Shown here in pieces: positions 41,032 to 50,410 of a stretch of 64,000 bases of DNA. Each line of letters opens with the position of its first letter. The stretch's first letter is position 1. The translations under genes were made by a program, and so were the position numbers. The stretch is taken from positions 158,422-222,421 of the forward strand of contig JAKLDN010000008.1 in the NCBI GenBank assembly GCA_022703505.1, given 5' to 3'. The stretch comes from Spirochaetota bacterium (GTDB taxonomy: Bacteria > Spirochaetota > Spirochaetia > Treponematales > UBA12059). Below the pieces are notes generated by a model that made no database searches, was not told the origin of the DNA, and worked only from the letters and a program-made list of their open reading frames with translations.

Positions 41032-42252
41032 ATGACCAGGACCACGATCGTCAACGCCCGAATCCTCGAAGGAAACGACCCCGGCGGGCCGGCCGGCGAA
41101 TCCGGCCGAGGCGGAGCGCCCGGGGCCGCGGACGGTCCCGAGGGCCTCCGGGATCTCCTTCTGGGAGAGGGCCGGATCCTCCGCATCTCCCCGGCGGGCC
41201 GGACGCCACCGGAGGGTGTAGTCATCGACGCGGAAGGCGCCCGGGCGGCCTCGGGCTACGTGGACATCCACACCCACGGCGGGGCCGGGGCGGACGTCAT
41301 GGACGCGGACTCCGAGGGCCTCGGGCGCATCGCCCGCTTCCACCTCTCCAACGGCACCACGACCTTCCTGGCCACGACCCTCACGGCACCCCTGGACCGG
41401 ATCCGGGCGGCCCTGGACACGGTCCGCGCCTACCGGGGCGGAGGAGCCCGGATCGCGGGGGTCCACCTGGAAGGTCCCTTCCTCTCCCCGGCCAACGCGG
41501 GGGCCCAGGAAAAACGGTTCCTCCGGGCGCCGGACACCGAAGCCCTGCGTTTCGTTGCGGACAACGCGGACATCCTCCGACGCGTCACGCTCGCCCCGGA
41601 GCTTCCGGGCGCACTCGACTTGATCGCGGAATGCGCCGCCCGGGGCATCGGCGTGTCCGCGGGGCACGACGCGTCCGTGGACGACGAAATCGAGGCGGCG
41701 ATCGAGACGGGCCTTTCCTGCGTGACCCACATCTACTGCTGTTCCTCCACCATCTCCCGGAGGACGGGCCCCCGGAAGCACCTGGGGCTCACGGAGCTCG
41801 GCATGGCGGATCCCCGCCTGGCCGTGGAGGTCATAGCGGACGGCCGCCACGTCCCGGACGCCCTCTTCCGCCTGATCCTGCGCGCCAAGGGCCGGGACTC
41901 GATCTGCCTGGTATCCGACAGCATCCGGGTCGCGGGGATGCCCGACGGAGAGTACCGCCTGGGGGACCCGGGCACGGAGGTCCGGGTCCGCAAGGAGGGG
42001 GACGAAGCCTCCGTGCCGGACCTGGGGGTCTACGCGGGCAGCGTGATGCCCCTGGGCGCCATGGTACGCAGGCTCGTCGCGGGGGGCGCCGCCTCCCTGG
42101 AGGACGCCGTCCACATGGCGTCCGCGGTTCCGGCCCGGTTGGCCGGCCTTTCCGACCGGGGCCGCATCGCCGAAGGCCTGCTGGCGGACATCAACCTGCT
42201 CGCGGAGGACGGGTCCGTGCTCCGGACCTTCCTGGGAGGACAAGCGACATGA
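41032..42252 (+). CDS. nagA: N-acetylglucosamine-6-phosphate deacetylase
   Basis: DIHTHGG metal-binding motif and amidohydrolase fold blocks. Confidence 0.85.
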   Translation: MTRTTIVNARILEGNDPGGPAGESGRGGAPGAADGPEGLRDLLLGEGRILRISPAGRTPPEGVVIDAEGARAASGYVDIHTHGGAGADVMDADSEGLGRIARFHLSNGTTTFLATTLTAPLDRIRAALDTVRAYRGGGARIAGVHLEGPFLSPANAGAQEKRFLRAPDTEALRFVADNADILRRVTLAPELPGALDLIAECAARGIGVSAGHDASVDDEIEAAIETGLSCVTHIYCCSSTISRRTGPRKHLGLTELGMADPRLAVEVIADGRHVPDALFRLILRAKGRDSICLVSDSIRVAGMPDGEYRLGDPGTEVRVRKEGDEASVPDLGVYAGSVMPLGAMVRRLVAGGAASLEDAVHMASAVPARLAGLSDRGRIAEGLLADINLLAEDGSVLRTFLGGQAT

Positions 42253-43085
42253 ACTGGATGGAAATCTCCCCGGAGCGCCTGGGAGAAGGTAGCCCGATCC
42301 GGGTGGAGATCGTGGAGAACGAGTTCGACCTCTACTGGGAGATCGCCTTCGACATGGCCGAGCGGATACGGGCCGCGGCCCGGGAGGACCGGCCCTGCCT
42401 GTTCATCGTGCCCGTGGGGCCCGTGGGGCAGTACCGCCGCCTGGCCTCCCTGTGCAACCGGGAGCGCATGGACCTGCGGCACGTCCACCTCCTCAACATG
42501 GACGAGTACCTGGACGACCGGGACCGCTTCATCGGGCTGGACGACCCCCTCTCGTTCCGGGGCTTCATGGACCGGGAGTTCTACGGCCTATTGGACCCGG
42601 CCCTCGCCCCGCCGCCGGAGAACCGGGTCTTCCCGGAGCCCGGCCGGGAGGGCGAGGTCGCGCGACTCGTCGAGCGCCTGGGCGGGGTGGACACCTCCTA
42701 CGGGGGCGTGGGGATCAACGGCCACATCGCCTTCAACGAGCCCCCCGAGCCCGGCGAGGATCCCACGGTCGAGGAGTTCGCCGCCCTTCCCACGCGGTGT
42801 CTCTCCCTTACCCGGGAGTCCCGGACCATCAACTCCGTCACCGCCGCGGGAGGCTGCATCGACCGCATCCCCCGGCGCTGCGTCACCGTGGGCATGAAGG
42901 AGATCCTGGGGGCCCGCCGCCTCCGGTTCTACATGAATCGGGAGTGGCAGAAGGGCATCGTCCGGAAGCTCCTCCACGGGGGGATCACGCCCCGGGTCCC
43001 CGCCTCCCTCCTGGCCCTGCACCCGGACGCGAAGCTGACCATCACCCGGACCGTCGCCGAGCCCCCCCTGGGCCGGTTGCGCTAG
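42249..43085 (+). CDS. nagB: Glucosamine-6-phosphate deaminase/isomerase-family protein (NagB-like)
   Basis: ATGA overlap with nagA. GINGHIAFNEP motif. Confidence 0.75.
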   Translation: MNWMEISPERLGEGSPIRVEIVENEFDLYWEIAFDMAERIRAAAREDRPCLFIVPVGPVGQYRRLASLCNRERMDLRHVHLLNMDEYLDDRDRFIGLDDPLSFRGFMDREFYGLLDPALAPPPENRVFPEPGREGEVARLVERLGGVDTSYGGVGINGHIAFNEPPEPGEDPTVEEFAALPTRCLSLTRESRTINSVTAAGGCIDRIPRRCVTVGMKEILGARRLRFYMNREWQKGIVRKLLHGGITPRVPASLLALHPDAKLTITRTVAEPPLGRLR

Positions 43086-43094
43086 GAACCGGCC

Positions 43095-44168
43095 GTGGAA
43101 CCCATCCGCGTCGGGATCATCGGCTTCGGGATGATGGGCCGCATGCAGGCCCTCGGCTGCTTCGGCGCCCTGGCCGACGATTTCCGCCTGGCCGCGGTCT
43201 GCGACGACCACACTCCCCACCTGGCCGCCGCCCGGGAGCTCTTCGGTCCGGACGTCCGGTACTTCCCGGATTACCGGCGCATGCTGGACGAGTGCGACTT
43301 CGACCTGGCCGCGGTGGTCACCCCGGACTTCCTGCACGAGGAGATGGCGACGGCCTGCCTGCGGGCGGGGAGACACCTGCGCCTGGAGAAGCCCATGGCC
43401 CTGGACCCCGGAGGCTGTGCCCGGGTGATCGAGGCGGCCGAAAAGGCGGGAACCGTCGTCCAGATAGGCCTCGAGCTCCGCTACGCGGAGCTGGTGGGCC
43501 GGATGCGGGAGCGGCGGGAGGTCCTGGGGCGGCTCAAAATGCTCTGGTGCCACGAGTTCCGCCACCCCTTCCTGGCCAAGCCCGGGAGCGTGCCCGACTG
43601 GATCGTCCGCCGGGAGTACTCCGGCGGAACCCTCATAGAGAAGTGCTGCCACCACTTCGACCTCTTCAACGACTTCGCCGGGGCCCGCCCGGCTTCCGTG
43701 TACGCCGTCGGGGACCACGAGGTCCAGTACGCCCACACGGACGTCCTGGACAACGCCTTCGCGACCGTGGAGTACGAGAACGGGACGCGGGCGAACCTGT
43801 CCCTGTGCATGTTCGCCCCCCCCGCGGAGGGACGGCCGGGCCTGTCCACCCTGGACTTCGGCCTCCTGGGCGACTCGGGGCGGATGGAGCTGAGGGGCGA
43901 CGAACTGTCCGTCTGGGACCGGGGGCGCCCCGGTGTGGAGTCGTACCGGCACGAGCGGGTCGACCTCGTGGGCCACGACGACGAGATCGTCCCCTCCCTG
44001 CGGGACTTGGTCCGGTGCATTCGAACGTGCGGAACCCCGGACGCGGACCTCCGTGCGGGCCTTTCCAGCGTGATGACCGCCTGGGCCGCGGAAGAGTCCG
44101 TCCGCCTGGGCCGCCCCGTGGAGATGCGGGAGGTGGAGGAGCGCTTCGAGGTGGACTACCCGGCGTAG
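43095..44168 (+). CDS. Gfo/Idh/MocA-family oxidoreductase
   Basis: GTG start. IRVGIIGFGMMG Rossmann motif and EKP block. Confidence 0.8.
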   Translation: MEPIRVGIIGFGMMGRMQALGCFGALADDFRLAAVCDDHTPHLAAARELFGPDVRYFPDYRRMLDECDFDLAAVVTPDFLHEEMATACLRAGRHLRLEKPMALDPGGCARVIEAAEKAGTVVQIGLELRYAELVGRMRERREVLGRLKMLWCHEFRHPFLAKPGSVPDWIVRREYSGGTLIEKCCHHFDLFNDFAGARPASVYAVGDHEVQYAHTDVLDNAFATVEYENGTRANLSLCMFAPPAEGRPGLSTLDFGLLGDSGRMELRGDELSVWDRGRPGVESYRHERVDLVGHDDEIVPSLRDLVRCIRTCGTPDADLRAGLSSVMTAWAAEESVRLGRPVEMREVEERFEVDYPA

Positions 44169-44179
44169 GAGGGAGCCCC

Positions 44180-44989
44180 CTACAGGACGGCGCCCCGGGA
44201 GACCATCAGGGCCAGGACGGCCAGGGGCGCGTCCAGCAGGGCGTGGGCTCCCATCAGGTACGGGAGGACCGTGGGCCGCCGGTCGATCACCCAGCCCGTC
44301 CAGAGGGCGAAGGGCAGGAATCGGAAGGCGAGCCATAAGGCGTACAGCGGGTCGGGACGGAAGGACAGGAAGAGGTGCTGGAGGGAGAGGACGGCCCCCA
44401 CGGCCAGGATCGTCCTCCATCGGCCCCATCCGGAGGCCCGCAGCCGGGGCGCCGCGTACCCCCAGTACAGAGGGAGCTCCGCGAGGCCCTGGCCCGCGGG
44501 CACGAGCAGGAACAGGGGATAGACCGCGGCTTCCGGAAGGGGACCGAAGAGCAGGTTGTTCGGGATCGAGGAGCCGCCCCAGAACGCCTCGGCGAGCAGG
44601 AAGCCCGGAACCATCGAGAGCACCCCGGAGACCACCATGAAACCGGCCAGCCAGGCCAAGTCGCCCTTCCAGGTCGATCCCCGGGCGCAATACAGATCCC
44701 GCATCCGGAGGCCCTCCCGACGGGCCGCGGCGGCCAGGAATCCGAGGGAGGCCGCGTTGGCCGCGCTCAGGTACCAGAGCCACCCGGCCGACGCCCGTCC
44801 GAAGGGATCGACGACGCCCCGGGCCGCGAGCATCCCGGCGGCAGCCAGGAGAAGGGCGAAGGGCACGAAGCAACGCAGGCCCATGGCAAGCCAGGCCCGG
44901 CGGAACAAGGACTCCCCCGAGACGCGGACGGCGATCGATGCCCGGGAATCGGGAAGATCCCTCGCCGCCTCTCCGCCGGTATCCCGCAT
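44180..44989 (-). CDS. CPBP/Abi-family intramembrane metalloprotease
   Basis: Polytopic membrane protein with LAEAFW and HLFLSF-type conserved Glu/His patches. Confidence 0.55.
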   Translation of the reverse strand: MRDTGGEAARDLPDSRASIAVRVSGESLFRRAWLAMGLRCFVPFALLLAAAGMLAARGVVDPFGRASAGWLWYLSAANAASLGFLAAAARREGLRMRDLYCARGSTWKGDLAWLAGFMVVSGVLSMVPGFLLAEAFWGGSSIPNNLLFGPLPEAAVYPLFLLVPAGQGLAELPLYWGYAAPRLRASGWGRWRTILAVGAVLSLQHLFLSFRPDPLYALWLAFRFLPFALWTGWVIDRRPTVLPYLMGAHALLDAPLAVLALMVSRGAVL

Positions 44990-45043
44990 GTCGCCTCCTT
45001 CCCGGGTTCGGCCCGGCCGTTCGCTGTCCAGTGCATCCTGAGG

Positions 45044-45250
45044 GTCGACGAAGCACGCGGCGCCTCGTTACCTTACAAACTACTGGAAATCGCCGAAGGG
45101 CGATGCCCTTCGGCGTCGAGCATATCCGGCGGATCGACGAAGCGCGAAGCGCTTCGTTGCCTTCAAACTACTGGAAATCGCCGAAGGGCGATGCCCTTCG
45201 GCGCCAAGCATATCCGGCGGATCGACGAAGCGCGAAGCGCTTCGTTGCCT
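45044..45250. repeat. About 2.4 tandem copies of an 88-bp unit, each with two hairpins
   Basis: Units start near 45044, 45132 and 45220. Each contains CGACGAAGCGC-gaa-GCGCTTCGTTG and CGCCGAAGGGC-gat-GCCCTTCGGCG stem-loops. Copy 1 is diverged. Confidence 0.7.
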
Positions 45251-45292
45251 TGAAAAAACGACGGCGTACCCTACGGTACGCCGTCGTTTTTT
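45251..45292. terminator. Bidirectional rho-independent terminator
   Basis: AAAAAACGACGGCGTACC-cta-CGGTACGCCGTCGTTTTTT. Perfect 13-bp stem flanked by an A6 and a T6 run. Confidence 0.85.
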
Positions 45293-45295
45293 CAA

Positions 45296-45340
45296 GCTCC
45301 CCCGCGGTGACTCGAACACCGGACCCAGTGGTTAACAGGC
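45296..45340 (-). other. tRNA 3'-end-like fragment (T-arm + acceptor 3' strand); candidate att site at the island boundary
   Basis: Minus strand reads GGGTC-CGGTG-TTCGAGT-CACCG-CGGGGGA-G. The upstream 50 nt are AT-rich with no D-arm, anticodon arm or matching 5' acceptor. The terminator lies directly 3' of it. Confidence 0.5.
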
Positions 45341-45566
45341 GAACTTTCTATTACTTTGGATTATCACCGCCTGTCACTATTTATAATTATAGCAAGTATT
45401 TGCTTAGTTTTCAATAGTATGCGTTAGCAAGCGTTTTTATGGTTTTTTTAGATTTTTGCGCCCAATTTGCGCCCAGTTATTTATTGCTAACTATGCAATA
45501 GAAGAGGAAGCTCACCAAGCATTTTTATAGCCTTCGTCCTCAGTATGTACATGCTTCACCTCCTTA

Positions 45567-46823
45567 TCAAGCTCTTTTAAAAGCTCCCTGCATCCGCTCA
45601 ATTTCAGGCCTACGGATGCCCAGAGCCTTCGCCCGCACCTGCCACCTCGAGACCACCCCGCGTATCGCCTCCATGATCGAGAGTGCCTCGGGCTTTGAGA
45701 GCCTGAAGTACTGCGCGACCGATAGGGCCAAGTCGAAATCCAACGAATTGTCATGCTCGTCGATGGCGAGGGAGAGGCCCGCCGAATCAGGCGAGGGATT
45801 GATGTCGTAGGCGGGAGAAAGCCACCAGCCCTTCGCATCGAGGAGGAAGCCATGATTCCGAAGATGGTCGTCGGTGTTGGAAACGGCGATGGAAAACACG
45901 ATGCGTTTCCAGAGCTCCCGCAGATCGGCGTCGGGCCGGGATCCGGAGCGCATGATGAACTCCGCGAGCTCGAGGTAGCTTGCGCCGGCCTCGGCGTCAT
46001 CGCCGTCCTTGCGGCCGAGCAAGGTCATGGCGGAGGCGAAATGGATACGTCCCTCTCCTTGGCGATCGAAGCGCTTCGTCATGAAGGTGGAGCCTCGCTT
46101 CGAGAAGGAGTCTAGCCTGCATTCGCTCATCTCGATGCCAGCTGCGCAGGCGAGGTCGGCGACGAGCATCTCCCAAGCGCCTGAGTCGCGTTCATCATCC
46201 TTGCCCGGGAACTTGGCTATCCAGAGTTCGCCCTTCTCGTCCACTACGCTAGCCTTGGGCCTAGCGCCTCCGAGCGAGGAGCCGGGCGCAATCAACATGG
46301 CGAGCCAGGGGTCGAGCTTGTCGTCATCCTCTTCATGTTCCGCGAGGAAACTCGCATACTCGAGATCGCGTAGCGTTGACCACGGCGGGGCTGCCATAGC
46401 CGTATCCAAGCTCTGATAGGCTTCGTTGCCTGGTATCTTAAACCGCAAGGCGCCCAAACGATTCTTATCATGAACGCCGAGGAGGTACTCCGCTTCTCCG
46501 AGCCTTCGCGGCGTCCGCCCTTCCTTCCTTGCCAAGATGGCCTCGCGCCGCCTCATGAGGACGCGGCCCCAACGATCGGGAGAGGAATCCAGGAACAGGC
46601 CGAAATTTGGCTTACCCACCCCGGCATACTGGGGTCCCTTATAGAATCGCAGATCAGGGTCGAGCGTTCGGTTGTCGTCGCGGCGAAGCCATGCCGCGTC
46701 GTACTCGAAGGAGAAGACTTCCTTGCCGCGCGGCGCTTGGACGGACAACGTGCCGAGATGGGCAACGGATCCAAGGCCGAGCCAATCGGCATACACTTCG
46801 ATAGTGCGCCCGGCGTCGCTCAT
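45567..46823 (-). CDS. hipA: HipA-family Ser/Thr kinase toxin
   Basis: 418 aa. SNTDDHLRNHGF catalytic loop. Confidence 0.85.
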   Translation of the reverse strand: MSDAGRTIEVYADWLGLGSVAHLGTLSVQAPRGKEVFSFEYDAAWLRRDDNRTLDPDLRFYKGPQYAGVGKPNFGLFLDSSPDRWGRVLMRRREAILARKEGRTPRRLGEAEYLLGVHDKNRLGALRFKIPGNEAYQSLDTAMAAPPWSTLRDLEYASFLAEHEEDDDKLDPWLAMLIAPGSSLGGARPKASVVDEKGELWIAKFPGKDDERDSGAWEMLVADLACAAGIEMSECRLDSFSKRGSTFMTKRFDRQGEGRIHFASAMTLLGRKDGDDAEAGASYLELAEFIMRSGSRPDADLRELWKRIVFSIAVSNTDDHLRNHGFLLDAKGWWLSPAYDINPSPDSAGLSLAIDEHDNSLDFDLALSVAQYFRLSKPEALSIMEAIRGVVSRWQVRAKALGIRRPEIERMQGAFKRA

Positions 46824-47149
46824 GATTCATCCTTCTTCGGCGACTTTCGGGCACGCCGTCGGCTAGGAAGCTTGGCGTCCTGGAGAGCGCGTCCGAGCTC
46901 GTCATCGAGCGCGACAGCCTCGAGGTCCTTCTCGAGTCCCAGCACGAACAAGACCTGTATCCAAGTAGCCATCGATACCGAGCCGGAGCCATTCTCGAGG
47001 GCGCTCAGGGTCTGTCGGCTGATGCCCGCCCGTTCGGCAACCATCTCGGCGCTGAGATCGCGTCGGAGCCGCGCCAGTCGGATATTCTCGCCGAGCGTTT
47101 CGAGGCTACGTTGGACACTGGGCAATAGGACCGGGAGTTTCTTAGGCAT
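46820..47149 (-). CDS. hipB: HipB-like XRE-family HTH antitoxin
   Basis: LSAEMVAERAGISRQTLSALENG HTH. 4-nt overlap with hipA. Confidence 0.75.
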   Translation of the reverse strand: MPKKLPVLLPSVQRSLETLGENIRLARLRRDLSAEMVAERAGISRQTLSALENGSGSVSMATWIQVLFVLGLEKDLEAVALDDELGRALQDAKLPSRRRARKSPKKDES

Positions 47150-47353
47150 AACGTATAATATAATAGGCATAAAAGGTATATCTGTCAAATTATTACGACG
47201 TAAAACTGAATAACACAACTCACATGCAAAGGTGGTTCTTACAAAATGTCGAGAATCGGACTACTTTGATGTTCCTGACACGGCCACTTCATTGACCATA
47301 CCCTAGAAGGTATCTCCATGGTTTATACCTTGATGGGTAAATGGTAAGAAAGG

Positions 47354-47779
47354 CTATTGAACGATAGGCGTCTTCCCGTCCTTAACCTTGCTAGTCGTCT
47401 TAGCTGCAATCCGCGAGGCGGAGCCCCGGGACTTAGAAACTCCACGAGCACTGGAGGGTTGAGTAGCATAGGTCATAATCCGTTCACGCTGAATGAAGCC
47501 ATGGTCCTTCCGGAGGACTTCCAGAAAACGGCAAGCAGCGCCATTCGGGACGTTCCGACCAGCTTCCCAGGCCTCAACGGTCTTCTTAGCGACTCCAAGA
47601 ACTTGGGCGAAAACAGTCTGGGAAAGCCCAAGAGCGAGCCGGAGTGCCTTAACCGCATGGGCATCATAGGTGGGAAGCGGTGCTATCTTGATCGCTGTAG
47701 TCTTGAGCTTAAGCTTGCCCTCTTGATGAGCCTTGACCTCAGAGAGGCCACGCATGATGCTCTCGAACGCTTCGCCCAT
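47354..47779 (-). CDS. HigA-like HTH antitoxin
   Basis: LRLALGLSQTVFAQVLGVAKKTVEAWEAG HTH. Sits immediately downstream of the toxin. Confidence 0.7.
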   Translation of the reverse strand: MGEAFESIMRGLSEVKAHQEGKLKLKTTAIKIAPLPTYDAHAVKALRLALGLSQTVFAQVLGVAKKTVEAWEAGRNVPNGAACRFLEVLRKDHGFIQRERIMTYATQPSSARGVSKSRGSASRIAAKTTSKVKDGKTPIVQ

Positions 47780-47780
47780 A

Positions 47781-48109
47781 TCAGTCTCCTAACAGTCCCT
47801 TTACGTACGTCTTGATCGCCTGCTTCTCTTCGGAGCTCAGGTTGTCCTTCTCATCCTTACCGAAAACAGTGATGAGATAGATCAGGCCGGACGCCCGCAT
47901 ATCGAGATAGATCGTCCGCAGGCTCCCGGATTCCCCCTACCTTCGCGCGCCCAGCGCAGCTTACGCACACCACCTGTTCCCTGGATGACCGGAGCGATCT
48001 CCGGATGCTCGAGGAGGTAGTTCTGGAGCTCGCGGAGGTCATCCTCCGTCATCCCGAGGGCCTTCCATCGGGATTGGAACTCCTTGGTCTCTACAAAGGT
48101 TCTCGTCAT
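47781..48109 (-). pseudogene. RelE/HigB-family toxin disrupted by a -1 frameshift in a G5 homopolymer
   Basis: N-terminal MTRTFVETKEFQSRWKAL...GVRKLRWAREGRG in one frame. C-terminal ESGSLRTIYLDMRASGLIYLITVFGKDEKDNLS in another. Adding one G at about 47935 restores a 108-aa toxin. Confidence 0.7.
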
Positions 48110-48302
48110 CCAGTATACCAGACCACCCTATCTAATAGGGTACTTAGAATGAATATAGCTCTGTGAGAGACTCTCGTCTAGAAGAGGGAAGGATATGAAA
48201 GAGGAAACTCGATAAAGCGGTTTGACGCGCTCGAGCGAGTACTAGCAGGTACAGAATGTCTCTCCCCCATATCGCGTTGCCCTGAAACAGCCTGTGGGTT
48301 AA

Positions 48303-48338
48303 GACTAAAAAGCCCGCCCCATAAGGGAGCGGGCCAAG
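48303..48338 (-). terminator. Intrinsic terminator after the 327-aa gene
   Basis: Minus strand GGCCCGCTCCC-ttat-GGGGCGGGC followed by TTTTTAG. Confidence 0.55.
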
Positions 48339-48340
48339 GG

Positions 48341-49324
48341 TCATTCCAGGAAGCTATAACGGGACTTCATGTAGCGCGCCCAGGGTTCCAGCTCCGGGTG
48401 CCGGTCAGTCGGGACATACCGGAAGAGCTGTTCAGTCGGGATGTACCTGAACTCGTCGGGCATGAGGAGCAGTGTCGGCCACAGCTCGTAGAGGTCGCGG
48501 AAGAACTTACGGTAATGCGGCGAAGTGATGGACCGAAGTTCACGATTAGCTCCGACGGCAATGTGGACCACGATGACGTTATCGACCTCGGGGATGCCGA
48601 CCTCCAGGATGCGGGATGCCAGGAGTTGATGCCGGGCAAGCTGATACATCGGCTCATAGAGCAGGTATTCGATTCGCGGTACAACCTCCAGATTGAACGG
48701 TGTAAAGGGACCATAGAAGATCTCGCGGTAGGTATCCACGCGATCCGAGCCATCGGTCCTAAACCTCTTGTACTGGGACGAATAACTCTCGGTAAACTTA
48801 ACCTCGCACAGCATGAAGACCTTGCGATCATCCATGGTCTCAAAGCACATCGCAGCGTCGATGGAGGTTGAGCCAGCACCGCGAATCCGGTCGGTACCGA
48901 CATGAGATTCCTCCCCTAGGTAGTTGATGTCGCCCTGCCACTCGAAGGCGATGAACGCATCCTCCTCCACAGGGAGCATTCGTTTGATCTCGGGGAATTG
49001 CGGACGAAGGAAGTCAGCCAGAGCATCCGGGCGATTGCGGAACGGGAAGAGCGTGTTGACGCAGAATATCTGGCTGGAACAGGTATGGTTGGTTGGCAAG
49101 CCAGGAAGCGCGGCTCCATGCCAGACGATGCCAAGGCGCTCGAAGGTAGCCAGGGCATCGTCCCGGATCTCATGGAACAAGTTGTAGGCGGCGAGCTCAA
49201 GCGGGAAGCAGAATGGGTACATACGGCTCCGGTATAAGCCCGGAGCCCTGGCCTCGCGCGGGAGAGCCTTGCTGGTCAGCTTCCACTCCAACTGCATCTT
49301 CTTGGCGACGGAGAGGTAATTCAC
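48341..49324 (-). CDS. Hypothetical protein, possible PD-(D/E)xK-type nuclease
   Basis: 327 aa. DDRKVFMLCEVKF resembles a D...E-x-K patch. Sits downstream of the RecT-like gene. Confidence 0.35.
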   Translation of the reverse strand: MNYLSVAKKMQLEWKLTSKALPREARAPGLYRSRMYPFCFPLELAAYNLFHEIRDDALATFERLGIVWHGAALPGLPTNHTCSSQIFCVNTLFPFRNRPDALADFLRPQFPEIKRMLPVEEDAFIAFEWQGDINYLGEESHVGTDRIRGAGSTSIDAAMCFETMDDRKVFMLCEVKFTESYSSQYKRFRTDGSDRVDTYREIFYGPFTPFNLEVVPRIEYLLYEPMYQLARHQLLASRILEVGIPEVDNVIVVHIAVGANRELRSITSPHYRKFFRDLYELWPTLLLMPDEFRYIPTEQLFRYVPTDRHPELEPWARYMKSRYSFLE

Positions 49325-49338
49325 GATAAAGTCCTCCC

Positions 49339-50253
49339 CTACGCCGTAGCGGTCATGCTGGCAACGTTCTTGAGCACCTTCCGCGCGTAGGCGACCATGC
49401 GTTCCACGCCATCGGCGCTGTTCGACTGACGGGCCTTGGCCAGAATCCAGTCCTGATGCTTAGGCGTGAAGGCATCCTCGTTGTCCTCGAGGATCGAACG
49501 GAGTTCGCCCTGGAGACGATTCATCTTGGTGATCTCGTCTTCGGGTTCTGGCTCGGGCTCTACCTCGGGTAGAGGCTTGGTCGCTGGCATGAAGGGCTTT
49601 GGGTGGTCCTCAACAGTGGTAGTATTCATCGCAGGCCGTTCCGACATGGTCGGAAGAGGTACAGGAGTGACCGGCTTATCCTGGATACCAACGCTTTCTG
49701 CATCGGGGAGTTCGGCCGGATCGTAGGGCATGCCGCCGAGCTCCGAGGGAAAAGCCAGGCGGAAGCCTTGGGAAATCGCGACCTTCTTTAACTGAAACTT
49801 GGGCATCTTGGTCCAGAAAGACGTGGGTTGGCCATCGCGCTTCCGCTGGACTGCTTCCTTCCAGTAGACCTCATGTACGAAGGGTGAGTGCCAGTCCTTG
49901 CGGTGGATCTCGACAAGAGCCTTCATATCCTCGCCCTGGCCTTCGACCCAGGCTCGCCAGCCGTCGAGCTGGCTGGTGCGCTCGGCGCGGTCAAGGTAAG
50001 TCTGGTAGCCTACAACGATTGACATGCGCCGGTACTCGCCTTCGCCGTAGACCGCCACGTGGATCTCTCTTTTAAACGGGTTGAGGTGGAAGGCCTGAGC
50101 GACCTCGATGAATTGGAGCTTCTCCTCCTGGGTGAGCTGGGTCGCGAGGCCGAAGGCGGTGAGGTAGTCGAGCAGGGTCTGCTTCTGGACCTCGTTGGTA
50201 GGAAGGGGCGGCCCCTCGCGAGGCTGGGTGGGGAACGGTGATACTGTGGACAT
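49339..50253 (-). CDS. RecT/Bet-family single-strand annealing protein
   Basis: VVGYQTYLDRAERT and WTKMPKFQLKKVAI blocks parallel E. coli RecT (IIGYRGMIDLARRSG, W..MAKKTAIRR). TAGGAGGT RBS. Confidence 0.65.
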   Translation of the reverse strand: MSTVSPFPTQPREGPPLPTNEVQKQTLLDYLTAFGLATQLTQEEKLQFIEVAQAFHLNPFKREIHVAVYGEGEYRRMSIVVGYQTYLDRAERTSQLDGWRAWVEGQGEDMKALVEIHRKDWHSPFVHEVYWKEAVQRKRDGQPTSFWTKMPKFQLKKVAISQGFRLAFPSELGGMPYDPAELPDAESVGIQDKPVTPVPLPTMSERPAMNTTTVEDHPKPFMPATKPLPEVEPEPEPEDEITKMNRLQGELRSILEDNEDAFTPKHQDWILAKARQSNSADGVERMVAYARKVLKNVASMTATA

Positions 50254-50410
50254 GGGAGACCTCCTAGGGGATGGATCTCCAATATCAGTAGTATCGCCAT
50301 ATACGACCAGGAAGTAGAAATGTCCCAACCGAAGCCCAAGCTGGATGTTCATTGACAGCACAATTGGCGCGGTGTACTGTCCATAAGATACTTAACTGGA
50401 GGTAAAAACG

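Noticed and set aside
45044-45250. Possible CRISPR array
   Set aside because: Repeat unit is 88 bp with no unique spacers between copies and no cas genes. Copies are contiguous tandem duplications, not repeat-spacer architecture.
45296-45372. Full-length tRNA gene on the minus strand
   Set aside because: Only the T-arm and acceptor 3' strand are present. Upstream sequence is AT-rich and cannot form a D-arm, anticodon arm or complementary 5' acceptor strand. It was called a 3' fragment/att core instead.
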